Shown here: positions 19,615 through 27,815 of the stretch, in pieces | Numbering within the stretch: the stretch's first letter is position 1 | How the letters are laid out: every line of letters begins with the position of its first letter | IMG/VR virus record: IMGVR_UViG_3300030099_004448 | Location: 62,001 to 126,000 of that record | Length of the DNA: 64,000 nt | Direction: 5' to 3' (one strand) | Program-made: the position numbers and the translations under genes | The notes under the pieces: generated by a model | Told to the model about the DNA's origin: nothing | Databases searched by the model: none | What the model saw: only the letters and a program-made list of their open reading frames with translations

Positions 19615-20565
19615 ATGAACAAAACTGACTTTCTTTGGGTTGAGAAATATCGCCCTCAGACTATTGAAGATTGTATCCTCCCCGACTCTGCCAAACAAAT
19701 GTTTCAGGAGTTTCTAAATAAGAAAGAGATCCCTAACCTTCTTCTTTCTGGTCCTCCTGGTATTGGTAAGACCACGGTTGCAAAGGCTCTTTGTCATGAA
19801 CTTGGAGTAGACTATTATGTCATCAACGGATCCGATGAGGGACGATTCCTGGACACGGTACGGAATCAGGCCAAGAATTTCGCTTCGACCGTCTCACTAT
19901 CTGCATCTGACGCAAAGCACAAAGTCATCATTATTGACGAGGCTGACAACACAACCCACGATGTACAACTCCTCCTACGGGCAAATATTGAGGCGTTTTA
20001 TAACAACTGTCGATTCATTTTCACCTGCAACTACAAAAACAAGATTATCGAACCCCTCCATAGTCGATGCGCCTGTGTTGACTTTTCGATCACTGGTAAA
20101 CAAAAACCAGCCATCGCTGCAAAGTTCTTCGGACGCATCCAACAAATCCTGGATACAGAAGGTGTTGAATATGATAACAAGGTCCTGGTAGAACTTATTA
20201 ACAAACACTTCCCAGACTGGCGTCGGGTGTTGAATGAGTGTCAAAGATACTCCGCAAGTGGGAAGATTGATTCTGCAATTTTGACGGAGTTTTCTGATGT
20301 CAACATTAACACGCTTGTCAAAAATCTTAAGGAAAAAAGTTTCCCCGAAGTACGTAAATGGTGTGTCAATAACCTGGACAACGATCCTACTGTACTTCTG
20401 CGTCGTATTTACGATGCTTGTTATGATTCCTTGGTTCCGAATAGTATTCCTGCTGCTGTGCTTATTATCGCTAAGTATCAGTATCAAGTGGCATTTGTGG
20501 CGGATCAGGAAATAAACCTTCTCGCAGCATTGACTGAAATTATGGTGGAGTGTGATTTCAAATGA
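19615..20565 (+). CDS. gp44: Clamp loader large subunit
   Basis: LWVEKYRP, GPPGIGKT, DEAD, TCN, SRC. Confidence 0.97.
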   Translation: MNKTDFLWVEKYRPQTIEDCILPDSAKQMFQEFLNKKEIPNLLLSGPPGIGKTTVAKALCHELGVDYYVINGSDEGRFLDTVRNQAKNFASTVSLSASDAKHKVIIIDEADNTTHDVQLLLRANIEAFYNNCRFIFTCNYKNKIIEPLHSRCACVDFSITGKQKPAIAAKFFGRIQQILDTEGVEYDNKVLVELINKHFPDWRRVLNECQRYSASGKIDSAILTEFSDVNINTLVKNLKEKSFPEVRKWCVNNLDNDPTVLLRRIYDACYDSLVPNSIPAAVLIIAKYQYQVAFVADQEINLLAALTEIMVECDFK

Positions 20566-21137
20566 TACCAATTATTCACTGGACCCGATTTAGTGATTAC
20601 CACAAAATTGCAGACAAGATTGGTATGCGTGGTGCAGTATATGGATTTGTTTTTAATGACAAGATGCCATCTTCATGTGATTGCCCTTCAGATTTTGAGG
20701 AATGTGTCTACATTGGGGAGTCTGGTGGACCACGGGGATTCTATTATGACAAACAAAATGGACATAAAGGAAAGTTGAGAACTCACCTACATAAGAGGAT
20801 GACTGCACATCACAGACCACTGACTACTGGAGAGTGTTCTGAAAAGAAATATGAACTCTTCAAAGAGAAGTATGGTTTTGGTGATGATGTTCTCAATGGA
20901 ACTTTGACTGGCATGCCACTTTGGGTTGGATTTATTACTCCACCGAAAGAAGATCCAGATCATTGTCTAAAATCCTGGTTGATCTTTAGGGAACACTATG
21001 AGATCTATCAGTATCAACGGAAGTTTGGTCGTTCTCCCCTGATGAATATGCAGGTTGATGGAAAGGGCAAAGATCCCAATTCATATTCAAGTGAAATTAT
21101 GCAAAATTATGGTGCATTAGATGCATTTATGTCATGA
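20562..21137 (+). CDS. GIY-YIG-like nuclease-fold protein
   Basis: GAVYGF...VYIGES...KRM..H...E...P..N. Confidence 0.55.
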   Translation: MIPIIHWTRFSDYHKIADKIGMRGAVYGFVFNDKMPSSCDCPSDFEECVYIGESGGPRGFYYDKQNGHKGKLRTHLHKRMTAHHRPLTTGECSEKKYELFKEKYGFGDDVLNGTLTGMPLWVGFITPPKEDPDHCLKSWLIFREHYEIYQYQRKFGRSPLMNMQVDGKGKDPNSYSSEIMQNYGALDAFMS

Positions 21138-21304
21138 AGAAAAAGAAAAGGACACAGACTAAAGAGAACTATTATTATTGGTTCTGGATTGTCGCGATGG
21201 TTGCATTCATTGTCCCTCAAGTCTTTACTGCTTGGGCATATGTAAACATTGTAGATATTATTAAGAATGATTCCGTTCGAGTTGAGGTAAGAAAAGATGA
21301 TTGA
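21134..21304 (+). CDS. Small membrane protein (56 aa)
   Basis: Not in ORF track; MKKKKRTQTKENYYYWFWIVAMVAFIVPQVFTAWAY; overlaps both neighbours. Confidence 0.65.
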   Translation: MKKKKRTQTKENYYYWFWIVAMVAFIVPQVFTAWAYVNIVDIIKNDSVRVEVRKDD

Positions 21305-21590
21305 TGTAAAACTGATTCGTATTGTTACTGGTGAAGAAATTATTGCAGAACTAATTTCGCAGAATGAAAATACCATTACTGTGAAGAATGGTCTTGTAGT
21401 TCTTCCTAGTGCTCAGAATGTAGGATTCGCTCCTTGGGCAACTGTCATCAGTAAAGAGAACCCCGAGATTACAATGGACATGCGACATGTAGTTTACGTT
21501 GCAGAAGTTGAAGAAAATGTCGGAAAGAAGTATAATGAAATGTTTGGGAGTAAGTTGATTACTCCTGAGAGTAAGAAATTGATTGTTTGA
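21297..21590 (+). CDS. Sm/LSm-like protein
   Basis: VKLIRIVTGEEIIAE...TITVKN...FAPW...YNEMFGSKLITP. Confidence 0.7.
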   Translation: MIDVKLIRIVTGEEIIAELISQNENTITVKNGLVVLPSAQNVGFAPWATVISKENPEITMDMRHVVYVAEVEENVGKKYNEMFGSKLITPESKKLIV

Positions 21591-21591
21591 T

Positions 21592-22713
21592 ATGCAATTA
21601 GAACTTGATGATGCAATTTACGCAGCTGACAAATTCATCGATTACTTCTCCAATATGGGACGTATCGATGAATATCTGCGTAATGTGAAACTTGACCGAA
21701 TGAGTCAAATGCAAACATCCATTCTGGGTATGGGTCCAGAGGATGATATGTTTGACGCATTTGATATGCACCCCGAAGACATGGATATCCGAGTGTATCC
21801 TGCAGGTGTCAAGGGTGGTTTTAGTAACGAATACTTTAGCGAGAGATTGCAAGTCACTACATCTCACGCTATCGAAGACTCCATTCCTGGTAAGTCCTTG
21901 AAGTGGATTGTCAAAGAGATGAACACAAATAAGATCTTAGGATTCTGTAGGTTTGGTTCTCCGACAATTAATAGTAAACCTCGCAATGAATGGTTGGGTA
22001 GTGTTCCTGAACTGACACGATTCAATCGTCATGCGATCATGGGATTTATTATTGTCCCGACTCAACCATTCGGTTTTAATTACCTGGGTGGTAAACTCCT
22101 GGCGCTCCTGTGTTGTTCTCACACCGCCCGTGAGACGTTAAATAGTAAATATGACTCAGACATCTGTCTGTTTGAAACAACGTCGCTCTACGGGTCTACA
22201 AAGTCCTCTTCGCAGTACGATGGTCTCAAACCATACATGAGGTATAAGGGACTCACACAGAGTGATTTCACACCTCTTCTGCACGATGAGATTTTTCAGG
22301 AGTTAAACAAATGGTTCATAGCACGCAACGGGGACAAGAGTCTGGTGAAGGAGGACGCATCCAGTCGCAAACTCAAAACCCAACAGAAAATGATCTCAGT
22401 GATCAAAAAAAGCTTACCTTCTCACAAGGTTGCGGAGTTCCAAACTGCGATTGTAAGTGCAAAAAATCTGACTGAACAAAAACGTTTCTACATGTCTGAC
22501 TATGGATTCAGCAACGCTCGTGAAGTTATTATGGGTGAACAAGAAACTCTTACTCCTGGCCAAAATTATGAAAAGTTCCATACCGAGAACTTGATTAAAT
22601 GGTGGAAGAAGAAAGCATCCAACCGATATGAGAAACTGAAATCTGAAGGTAGACTTCGCACAAAGGTTGAAACCTGGAATTCAAATCCTGATGAGATAGA
22701 TATTATTAGATAA
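21592..22713 (+). CDS. DUF4338 / DruA-like protein
   Basis: VPTQPFGFNYLGGKLLALL, TTSLYG...SSQYD, YKGLT resemble the DruA/DUF4338 motifs. Confidence 0.65.
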   Translation: MQLELDDAIYAADKFIDYFSNMGRIDEYLRNVKLDRMSQMQTSILGMGPEDDMFDAFDMHPEDMDIRVYPAGVKGGFSNEYFSERLQVTTSHAIEDSIPGKSLKWIVKEMNTNKILGFCRFGSPTINSKPRNEWLGSVPELTRFNRHAIMGFIIVPTQPFGFNYLGGKLLALLCCSHTARETLNSKYDSDICLFETTSLYGSTKSSSQYDGLKPYMRYKGLTQSDFTPLLHDEIFQELNKWFIARNGDKSLVKEDASSRKLKTQQKMISVIKKSLPSHKVAEFQTAIVSAKNLTEQKRFYMSDYGFSNAREVIMGEQETLTPGQNYEKFHTENLIKWWKKKASNRYEKLKSEGRLRTKVETWNSNPDEIDIIR

Positions 22714-22724
22714 TTAAAAAATTT

Positions 22725-23387
22725 ATGACTCTAATATGCAATCTACCCACAGAGAAAGTTTGGGTTCGTAAAGAGTATCTAACAGATCACCAAAGTGGTC
22801 ATGGTGAGTTTGTGGAGGGACTCTGGGTTACTGCAAAGAGTATTCCTGGTCGTGCATTTTATTTTGAAACATATCTCCCAGAATATGGAGCTATGTACGA
22901 TAAACTACCGATCAGTGCTTTTGTTTCTCGCCCAGTAACACCAGACCCTGATTTAGATCTACCTAATCTTCAGTTTTGGAACTGCATGGATTACGATGTA
23001 ACTGCTATTGAAAAAAGTATTGTTGCATCGATGGAGTGGGAAGTAAGAACAAGACACTTTGGAAATATCAAAGGCACATATATTTGTACTCTTGATAACT
23101 ACCACGGGAATATCGACACTATTGATGCATCTACTAGTGAACTCCCCGACGAACATAAGTCATTCAATTTGATTGAACTTAAAAATGGTCAGTATGCATT
23201 GTATCCAAATAACAGGTGTCGCATTTATGATATCTCTATGACTCCCCAAGAACCTAAGGTGCCAGACTTCAAAGTGTCTACCCAGTTCTATCAGGTAGAG
23301 AATGGTGTTGAGTGGGGAAGACTTGGTGATTGTGATGATTACTTCTGGACTACACCAGACGAAAGGGCGGAGAAATATGAAATGTGA
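22725..23387 (+). CDS. Conserved cyanophage hypothetical protein
   Basis: NLP...VRKEYL.DH..GHGEF, YDKLPISAF, LQFWNC, EHKSFN, YPNNR. Confidence 0.8.
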   Translation: MTLICNLPTEKVWVRKEYLTDHQSGHGEFVEGLWVTAKSIPGRAFYFETYLPEYGAMYDKLPISAFVSRPVTPDPDLDLPNLQFWNCMDYDVTAIEKSIVASMEWEVRTRHFGNIKGTYICTLDNYHGNIDTIDASTSELPDEHKSFNLIELKNGQYALYPNNRCRIYDISMTPQEPKVPDFKVSTQFYQVENGVEWGRLGDCDDYFWTTPDERAEKYEM

Positions 23388-23523
23388 AGTAACGATGTAT
23401 CGTGGTGGAACAATATTTAAAGAATCTTACTTTGTCCGAGATTATCAAGAGGCAAGAAAAGTCGCTTTGGCTAGAAACCCAGGTGTAACTATTGTTGGTG
23501 TAAACGCAGTATTTGAATCATGA
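23377..23523 (+). CDS. Small hypothetical protein
   Basis: MKCEVTMYRGG...ARKVALARNP; ATG at 23377 preferred. Confidence 0.7.
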   Translation: MKCEVTMYRGGTIFKESYFVRDYQEARKVALARNPGVTIVGVNAVFES

Positions 23524-23909
23524 GCTACGAACTGAAAGACTATTTAAATTCGATTAATTTCACAAAAGAATATCTTATGAGTGAGGAGGATCCCACCTGG
23601 GAAAAGAAATATCCTCCCTTTATTATCAATAAGTGTCTGTCTGGATTTATCGACACTGTTATGTTTGCAAACGAGATGAATGTCAATCACCAACTACCAT
23701 CTCGTCTCCAATATGATTTCTTTATAAATACCGTTAGGAAACGGAAAAGATTTTCTCCGTGGCTAAAAAAGGATAAGATTAATGACCTTGATGCAGTAAA
23801 ATCATACTATGGTTATAGTAATGAAAAGGCTCAACAAGCTCTGAAGATTCTTACCAAAGAACAAATCTCATTTATTAAAGATAAGCTTGATGTTGGAGGT
23901 AAAAGATGA
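23520..23909 (+). CDS. gp62: Clamp loader small subunit
   Basis: LKDYLNSIN, YPPFIINKCLS, RKRKRFSPW, YYGYSNEKA. Confidence 0.93.
   Translation: MSYELKDYLNSINFTKEYLMSEEDPTWEKKYPPFIINKCLSGFIDTVMFANEMNVNHQLPSRLQYDFFINTVRKRKRFSPWLKKDKINDLDAVKSYYGYSNEKAQQALKILTKEQISFIKDKLDVGGKR
23723..23730 (+). promoter_or_regulatory. T4-type late promoter inside gp62, upstream of regA
   Basis: Exact TATAAATA. Confidence 0.45.
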
Positions 23910-24337
23910 GTGCCTTTGTTGAACCTGAGGTTTCATGGTCGCAAGATCAAATGATCGAAGTGGTTCTAAACGAACCAGACGATTTTCTAAAAGTAAGAGA
24001 GACCTTGACTCGTATCGGAGTCGCCTCCCGTAAAGAAAAAAAGATTTACCAATCATGCCATATCCTGCATAAACAGGGTAAGTATTACATTGTTCACTTT
24101 AAAGAACTCTTTGCATTGGATGGTAAACATGCTAATCTTACTGTTAATGATGTGCAGCGTAGGAATCGCATCATTAATCTTCTATCTGATTGGGGACTGA
24201 TCACTATTTTAAGTCCAGATTCTGTATTGGATGTTGCACCACTAAATCAAATTAAGGTGTTATCTTATAAAGATAAAAATGATTGGATTCTAGAATCCAA
24301 ATATAATATTGGTAAGAAAAAGAAACCAGTATCATGA
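23906..24337 (+). CDS. regA: Translational repressor RegA
   Basis: DDFLKVRETLTRIGVAS, QSCHILHKQGKYYIVHFKELF. Confidence 0.97.
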   Translation: MSAFVEPEVSWSQDQMIEVVLNEPDDFLKVRETLTRIGVASRKEKKIYQSCHILHKQGKYYIVHFKELFALDGKHANLTVNDVQRRNRIINLLSDWGLITILSPDSVLDVAPLNQIKVLSYKDKNDWILESKYNIGKKKKPVS

Positions 24338-24570
24338 ACGACGAAGACGAACTGTATTTCCCAGAACCCGAAGAAGACGGGTGGATGATGTCATTAGATC
24401 TTGATATTAATGCAGTTCGTAGTCTTCATGATTCCTTAAATCATTATCTTGAAATCTGGCCAGGAGCTCCTAGGAGACCTGCTGATGAACAAGAGTTTAT
24501 TAGGTATATGAGAAATAAACTTTTTATGGGAATGACTGATTACAACTTCTATTACAACGAGCATAAATAA
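24334..24570 (+). CDS. Hypothetical protein
   Basis: ATGA-coupled to regA; WPGAPRRPADEQE. Confidence 0.7.
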   Translation: MNDEDELYFPEPEEDGWMMSLDLDINAVRSLHDSLNHYLEIWPGAPRRPADEQEFIRYMRNKLFMGMTDYNFYYNEHK

Positions 24571-24574
24571 TATT

Positions 24575-24650
24575 GCGATCTTTCGTGCGGTCGCTTCAAA
24601 AGTCGGAACACCCTATAAAGAGGTACGGTTGTTACCATACCTCTTTTTTT
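24575..24650 (+). ncRNA. Candidate late small RNA between the regA operon and hsp20
   Basis: CATAAATA (24562), hairpin GCGATC/GGTCGC, then a terminator; no ORF. Confidence 0.4.
24617..24650 (+). terminator. Rho-independent terminator
   Basis: AAAGAGGTA-c-GGT-TGTT-ACC-a-TACCTCTTT plus T-run. Confidence 0.8.
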
Positions 24651-24723
24651 CGTTCTCTGGTTAAATAGTAATGGATGCCTTCGGGGTCCACACAACGTTA
24701 CTCGCTTAATCAAGGAGAACCAC

Positions 24724-25158
24724 ATGACAGACCTAATGCGTTTCAATGCGTCAGACCTTCCTGCGCTCTTAGAACGATTGAATAAAAACAGCATCGGAAT
24801 GGATGAATACTTTGACCGACTCTTTAAAGTTCACGAAAGTACGCAAAATTATCCGCCGTACAATGTGATACAGTTAAATAATGTCGAGACGGTGTTAGAA
24901 TTAGCGCTCGCAGGATTTAAACAAGATGAAGTCAATGTTTACACAGAATATGGTAAACTTTTTGTTGAAGGGACAAAAGACGACAAGAAGAGTGACCATC
25001 AGTACATCCACCGTGGAGTTGCTCAAAGATCTTTTAAGAGAGCATGGACAATCTCAGACGATCAGGAGATTGCATCAGTCAGCTTTGAAGATGGGTTACT
25101 GAGTATCAAACTAGGTAAGGTTATACCTGATCACTATAAGAGAAAAGATTGGTTATGA
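24724..25158 (+). CDS. hsp20: Small heat-shock protein Hsp20/IbpA
   Basis: NYPPYNV, LELALAGF, YIHRGVAQRSFKRAW, FEDGLL; AAGGAG SD. Confidence 0.95.
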   Translation: MTDLMRFNASDLPALLERLNKNSIGMDEYFDRLFKVHESTQNYPPYNVIQLNNVETVLELALAGFKQDEVNVYTEYGKLFVEGTKDDKKSDHQYIHRGVAQRSFKRAWTISDDQEIASVSFEDGLLSIKLGKVIPDHYKRKDWL

Positions 25159-25192
25159 TTTTCTCATAAATATTAACGAATATCGTCGCCGC

Positions 25193-25235
25193 AGGGGCGC
25201 AACTGGCAAAATCCAGTTGCAACCCCTCTTTTTTT
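25193..25235 (+). terminator. Long hairpin terminator after hsp20 (possible small late RNA from CATAAATA at 25165)
   Basis: AGGGG..GCAACTGG-CAAAAT-CCAGTTGC..CCCCT plus T-run. Confidence 0.75.
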
Positions 25236-25307
25236 ATGTCTATATAATTTGTTAGGACGTACTTACCCATTTATGGATGGGTAACTATATCCTCTACATT
25301 AAATGAA

Positions 25308-25529
25308 ATGACTAAACTATTCGTTCTTCCCCTAATGGTTGCTACTCTTGCATCCATCACGGGAGGTACTGTTGCAGAAGCAAAAGGTTGGAATTCTGGA
25401 AGTCCTGGTGGTAAACCTGGATTTATCAATCGTCCAAAGAAACGCTGTACATTCAAACGTCCATGTTCACGAATGCCTGAACTTCCTGATTTTGGTACTC
25501 CAATGCCTAGGGGTGGATTTCGCCGTTGA
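25308..25529 (+). CDS. Small secreted cationic peptide
   Basis: Signal peptide ending AEA; mature part K/R/G/P-rich with C-x5-C; followed by a terminator. Confidence 0.65.
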   Translation: MTKLFVLPLMVATLASITGGTVAEAKGWNSGSPGGKPGFINRPKKRCTFKRPCSRMPELPDFGTPMPRGGFRR

Positions 25530-25534
25530 TATAC

Positions 25535-25558
25535 AGAGACCTTCGGGTCTCTTTTTTT
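25535..25558 (+). terminator. Rho-independent terminator
   Basis: AGAGACC-TTCG-GGTCTCT plus T-run. Confidence 0.9.
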
Positions 25559-25559
25559 A

Positions 25560-25568
25560 TGTTATAAT
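25560..25568 (+). promoter_or_regulatory. Extended -10 promoter for ndhD
   Basis: TGTTATAAT 24 nt upstream of the ATG. Confidence 0.55.
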
Positions 25569-25592
25569 ATAGGTGACTTTTTTGCCTAAAAC

Positions 25593-27140
25593 ATGCCTTG
25601 GTTGAGTTTATCAATATTGTTTCCAATTACTGCCGCACTTGGCATTCCTCTTCTACCAGATAAGGGAGATGGAAAAGTTGTTCGGTGGTATGGATTATCA
25701 ATCACATTAATCACGTTTTTAATTACTGTTGCTGGGTATATCAATGGGTATGATCCCTCAGTAAGCGATCTACAAATGTCCGAGAGGATTAGTTGGTTGC
25801 CTGAACTGGGTCTAACCTGGTCTGTGGGTGCAGACGGTCTATCGATGCCTCTCATTCTTCTGACAAGTTTTATCACCAGTCTTGCAGCACTCGCTGCATG
25901 GCCTCTTAGATTCAAACCAAAATTATTTTTCTTCCTGCTATTACTTATGGATGGTGGGCAGATTATGGTTTTTGCAGTACAGGATCTCATTCTATTTTTC
26001 CTATCCTGGGAACTGGAACTATTACCTGTTTATCTAATGCTTGCGATCTGGGGTGGTAAAAGACGCCAGTACGCTGCAACTAAATTCATCATTTACACTG
26101 CAGGTAGTTCTCTATTCATTCTTATTGCAGGACTTGCAATGGGATTCTGGGCATCAAACGGTTCTCCGAACTTTGAATACACTTATTTGATGAATCAGGG
26201 ATTCCCAAAAAATTTCCAACTTTGGTGTTATGCAGGATTCTTGATTGCCTTTGGTGTCAAACTCCCAATCGTGCCCTTGCACACTTGGTTGCCTGATGCA
26301 CACGGTGAAGCAACTGCACCAGTTCATATGTTGCTTGCAGGTATTCTTTTGAAGATGGGTGGATATGCACTTCTGCGATTCAACTGTCAACTCTTGCCTG
26401 ATGCACATTCCGTATTTGCTCCAGTCCTTATTGTTCTTGGAGTTGTTAATATCATCTATGCGGCATTGACATCATTTGCACAGAGAAATCTCAAACGCAA
26501 GATCGCATATAGTTCGATCAGTCACATGGGATTTGTACTCATTGGTATCGGAAGTTATAGTGTTCTCGGAACCAGTGGTGCGATGCTCCAAATGGTTAGT
26601 CATGGTCTGATTGGTGCATCTCTATTCTTCCTAGTGGGTGCAACATATGACCGAACTCATACTCTCGAACTCGCTGAGATGGGTGGAGTTGGTAAGAGTA
26701 TGAAGATTATGTTTGCGATGTGGGTTGTGTGCTCTATGGCATCCTTGGCACTGCCAGGTATGAGTGGATTTGCGAGTGAACTTATGGTCTTTGCTGGATT
26801 TGCAACTGACACGATGTATTCTATTACTTTCCGTGCATTCATTTGTGTCCTTGCTGCAATCGGTGTGATCTTGACTCCGATTTATCTTCTTTCCATGTTG
26901 CGGGAGATCTTCTTTGGTAAAGAGAACTTGGAACTTGTCAATCATACAAACCTTGTCGATGCAGAACCCAGAGAGATCTACATCATTAGTTGTCTTTTGG
27001 TTCCCATCATTGGAATTGGATTGTTCCCCAGGATTATGACGGATACTTACAAAACCTCCATTGATGCCTTGGTTAACAGGGATAAGATTGCGTTAGTCCG
27101 ACCGCAACTGGTCAGAACATTCACTCCACCAACTGTATAA
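25593..27140 (+). CDS. ndhD: NAD(P)H-quinone oxidoreductase (NDH-1) subunit 4, NdhD1/D2 type
   Basis: [80 protein letters not shown]; full length. Confidence 0.97.
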   Translation: MPWLSLSILFPITAALGIPLLPDKGDGKVVRWYGLSITLITFLITVAGYINGYDPSVSDLQMSERISWLPELGLTWSVGADGLSMPLILLTSFITSLAALAAWPLRFKPKLFFFLLLLMDGGQIMVFAVQDLILFFLSWELELLPVYLMLAIWGGKRRQYAATKFIIYTAGSSLFILIAGLAMGFWASNGSPNFEYTYLMNQGFPKNFQLWCYAGFLIAFGVKLPIVPLHTWLPDAHGEATAPVHMLLAGILLKMGGYALLRFNCQLLPDAHSVFAPVLIVLGVVNIIYAALTSFAQRNLKRKIAYSSISHMGFVLIGIGSYSVLGTSGAMLQMVSHGLIGASLFFLVGATYDRTHTLELAEMGGVGKSMKIMFAMWVVCSMASLALPGMSGFASELMVFAGFATDTMYSITFRAFICVLAAIGVILTPIYLLSMLREIFFGKENLELVNHTNLVDAEPREIYIISCLLVPIIGIGLFPRIMTDTYKTSIDALVNRDKIALVRPQLVRTFTPPTV

Positions 27141-27146
27141 ATTATC

Positions 27147-27184
27147 AAGGAAGGTTTGACGCCTTCCTTTTTTTGTGGTATCCT
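27147..27184 (+). terminator. Terminator after ndhD overlapping a sigma70 promoter for the gp43 operon
   Basis: AAGGAAGG-TTTGACG-CCTTCCTT plus T-run; TTGACG(27156)-N17-TATCCT(27179). Confidence 0.75.
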
Positions 27185-27205
27185 AGTGGGAGGTAAACTG
27201 TAGTT

Positions 27206-27571
27206 ATGTCAATTAAATTAGCTCTTCTGAAGTCAGGAGAAACGGTGATTGCTGATGTTCAAGCGAAGGTAGATCAAAATGATAGAGTAGTTTCTATTGC
27301 TTTCAAAGATCCTTTCTGTGTGGAATTGGTAACTCCATCTGTTGATTTTGATGCAGAGGAAGGTGAAGTAGAAAAAGAATATGCGGTAAGGTTTTGGTCC
27401 TGGATGCCTCTGACAGATGATGAGGAAATTAAAGTAAATCCAGATTGGATTGTGTCTTTTACTACTCCTAAAGAAGACATTCTCAATTCCTATCAGGAAA
27501 GGATGGGTGATGAACCTGAATCTTTAGAGGGAGAAACACTTGTAGATAATTTTGAGGTACTAAATGGATGA
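27206..27571 (+). CDS. Sm-like conserved cyanophage protein
   Basis: MSIKLALLKSGETVIADV...P...SWMPLT...DWIV...P...Y. Confidence 0.7.
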   Translation: MSIKLALLKSGETVIADVQAKVDQNDRVVSIAFKDPFCVELVTPSVDFDAEEGEVEKEYAVRFWSWMPLTDDEEIKVNPDWIVSFTTPKEDILNSYQERMGDEPESLEGETLVDNFEVLNG

Positions 27572-27815
27572 TTTAATTCAGATAATTGTTCTGGTTGATG
27601 GAACAATTCTAATTTCAAAAATTGGTCAAGTTATTTCAGAACTTGGTGAACCAGATTGCCGTTTGATCCAACCACATGTTGTGGAAGGTCTTCGGCCTTG
27701 GTTAGAAAACTTGACTGACCAGACCGATGACATTATGATTTCATCGGATAAGATCTTGACTTTGGTTGACCCCAAAGATGACCTACTTAATGATTATTTG
27801 ACCCTCACTAAATGA
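27564..27815 (+). CDS. Sm-like conserved cyanophage protein
   Basis: IVLVDGTILISKI...GEPDCRLIQP...PW...ISSDKILTLVDP. Confidence 0.65.
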   Translation: MDDLIQIIVLVDGTILISKIGQVISELGEPDCRLIQPHVVEGLRPWLENLTDQTDDIMISSDKILTLVDPKDDLLNDYLTLTK

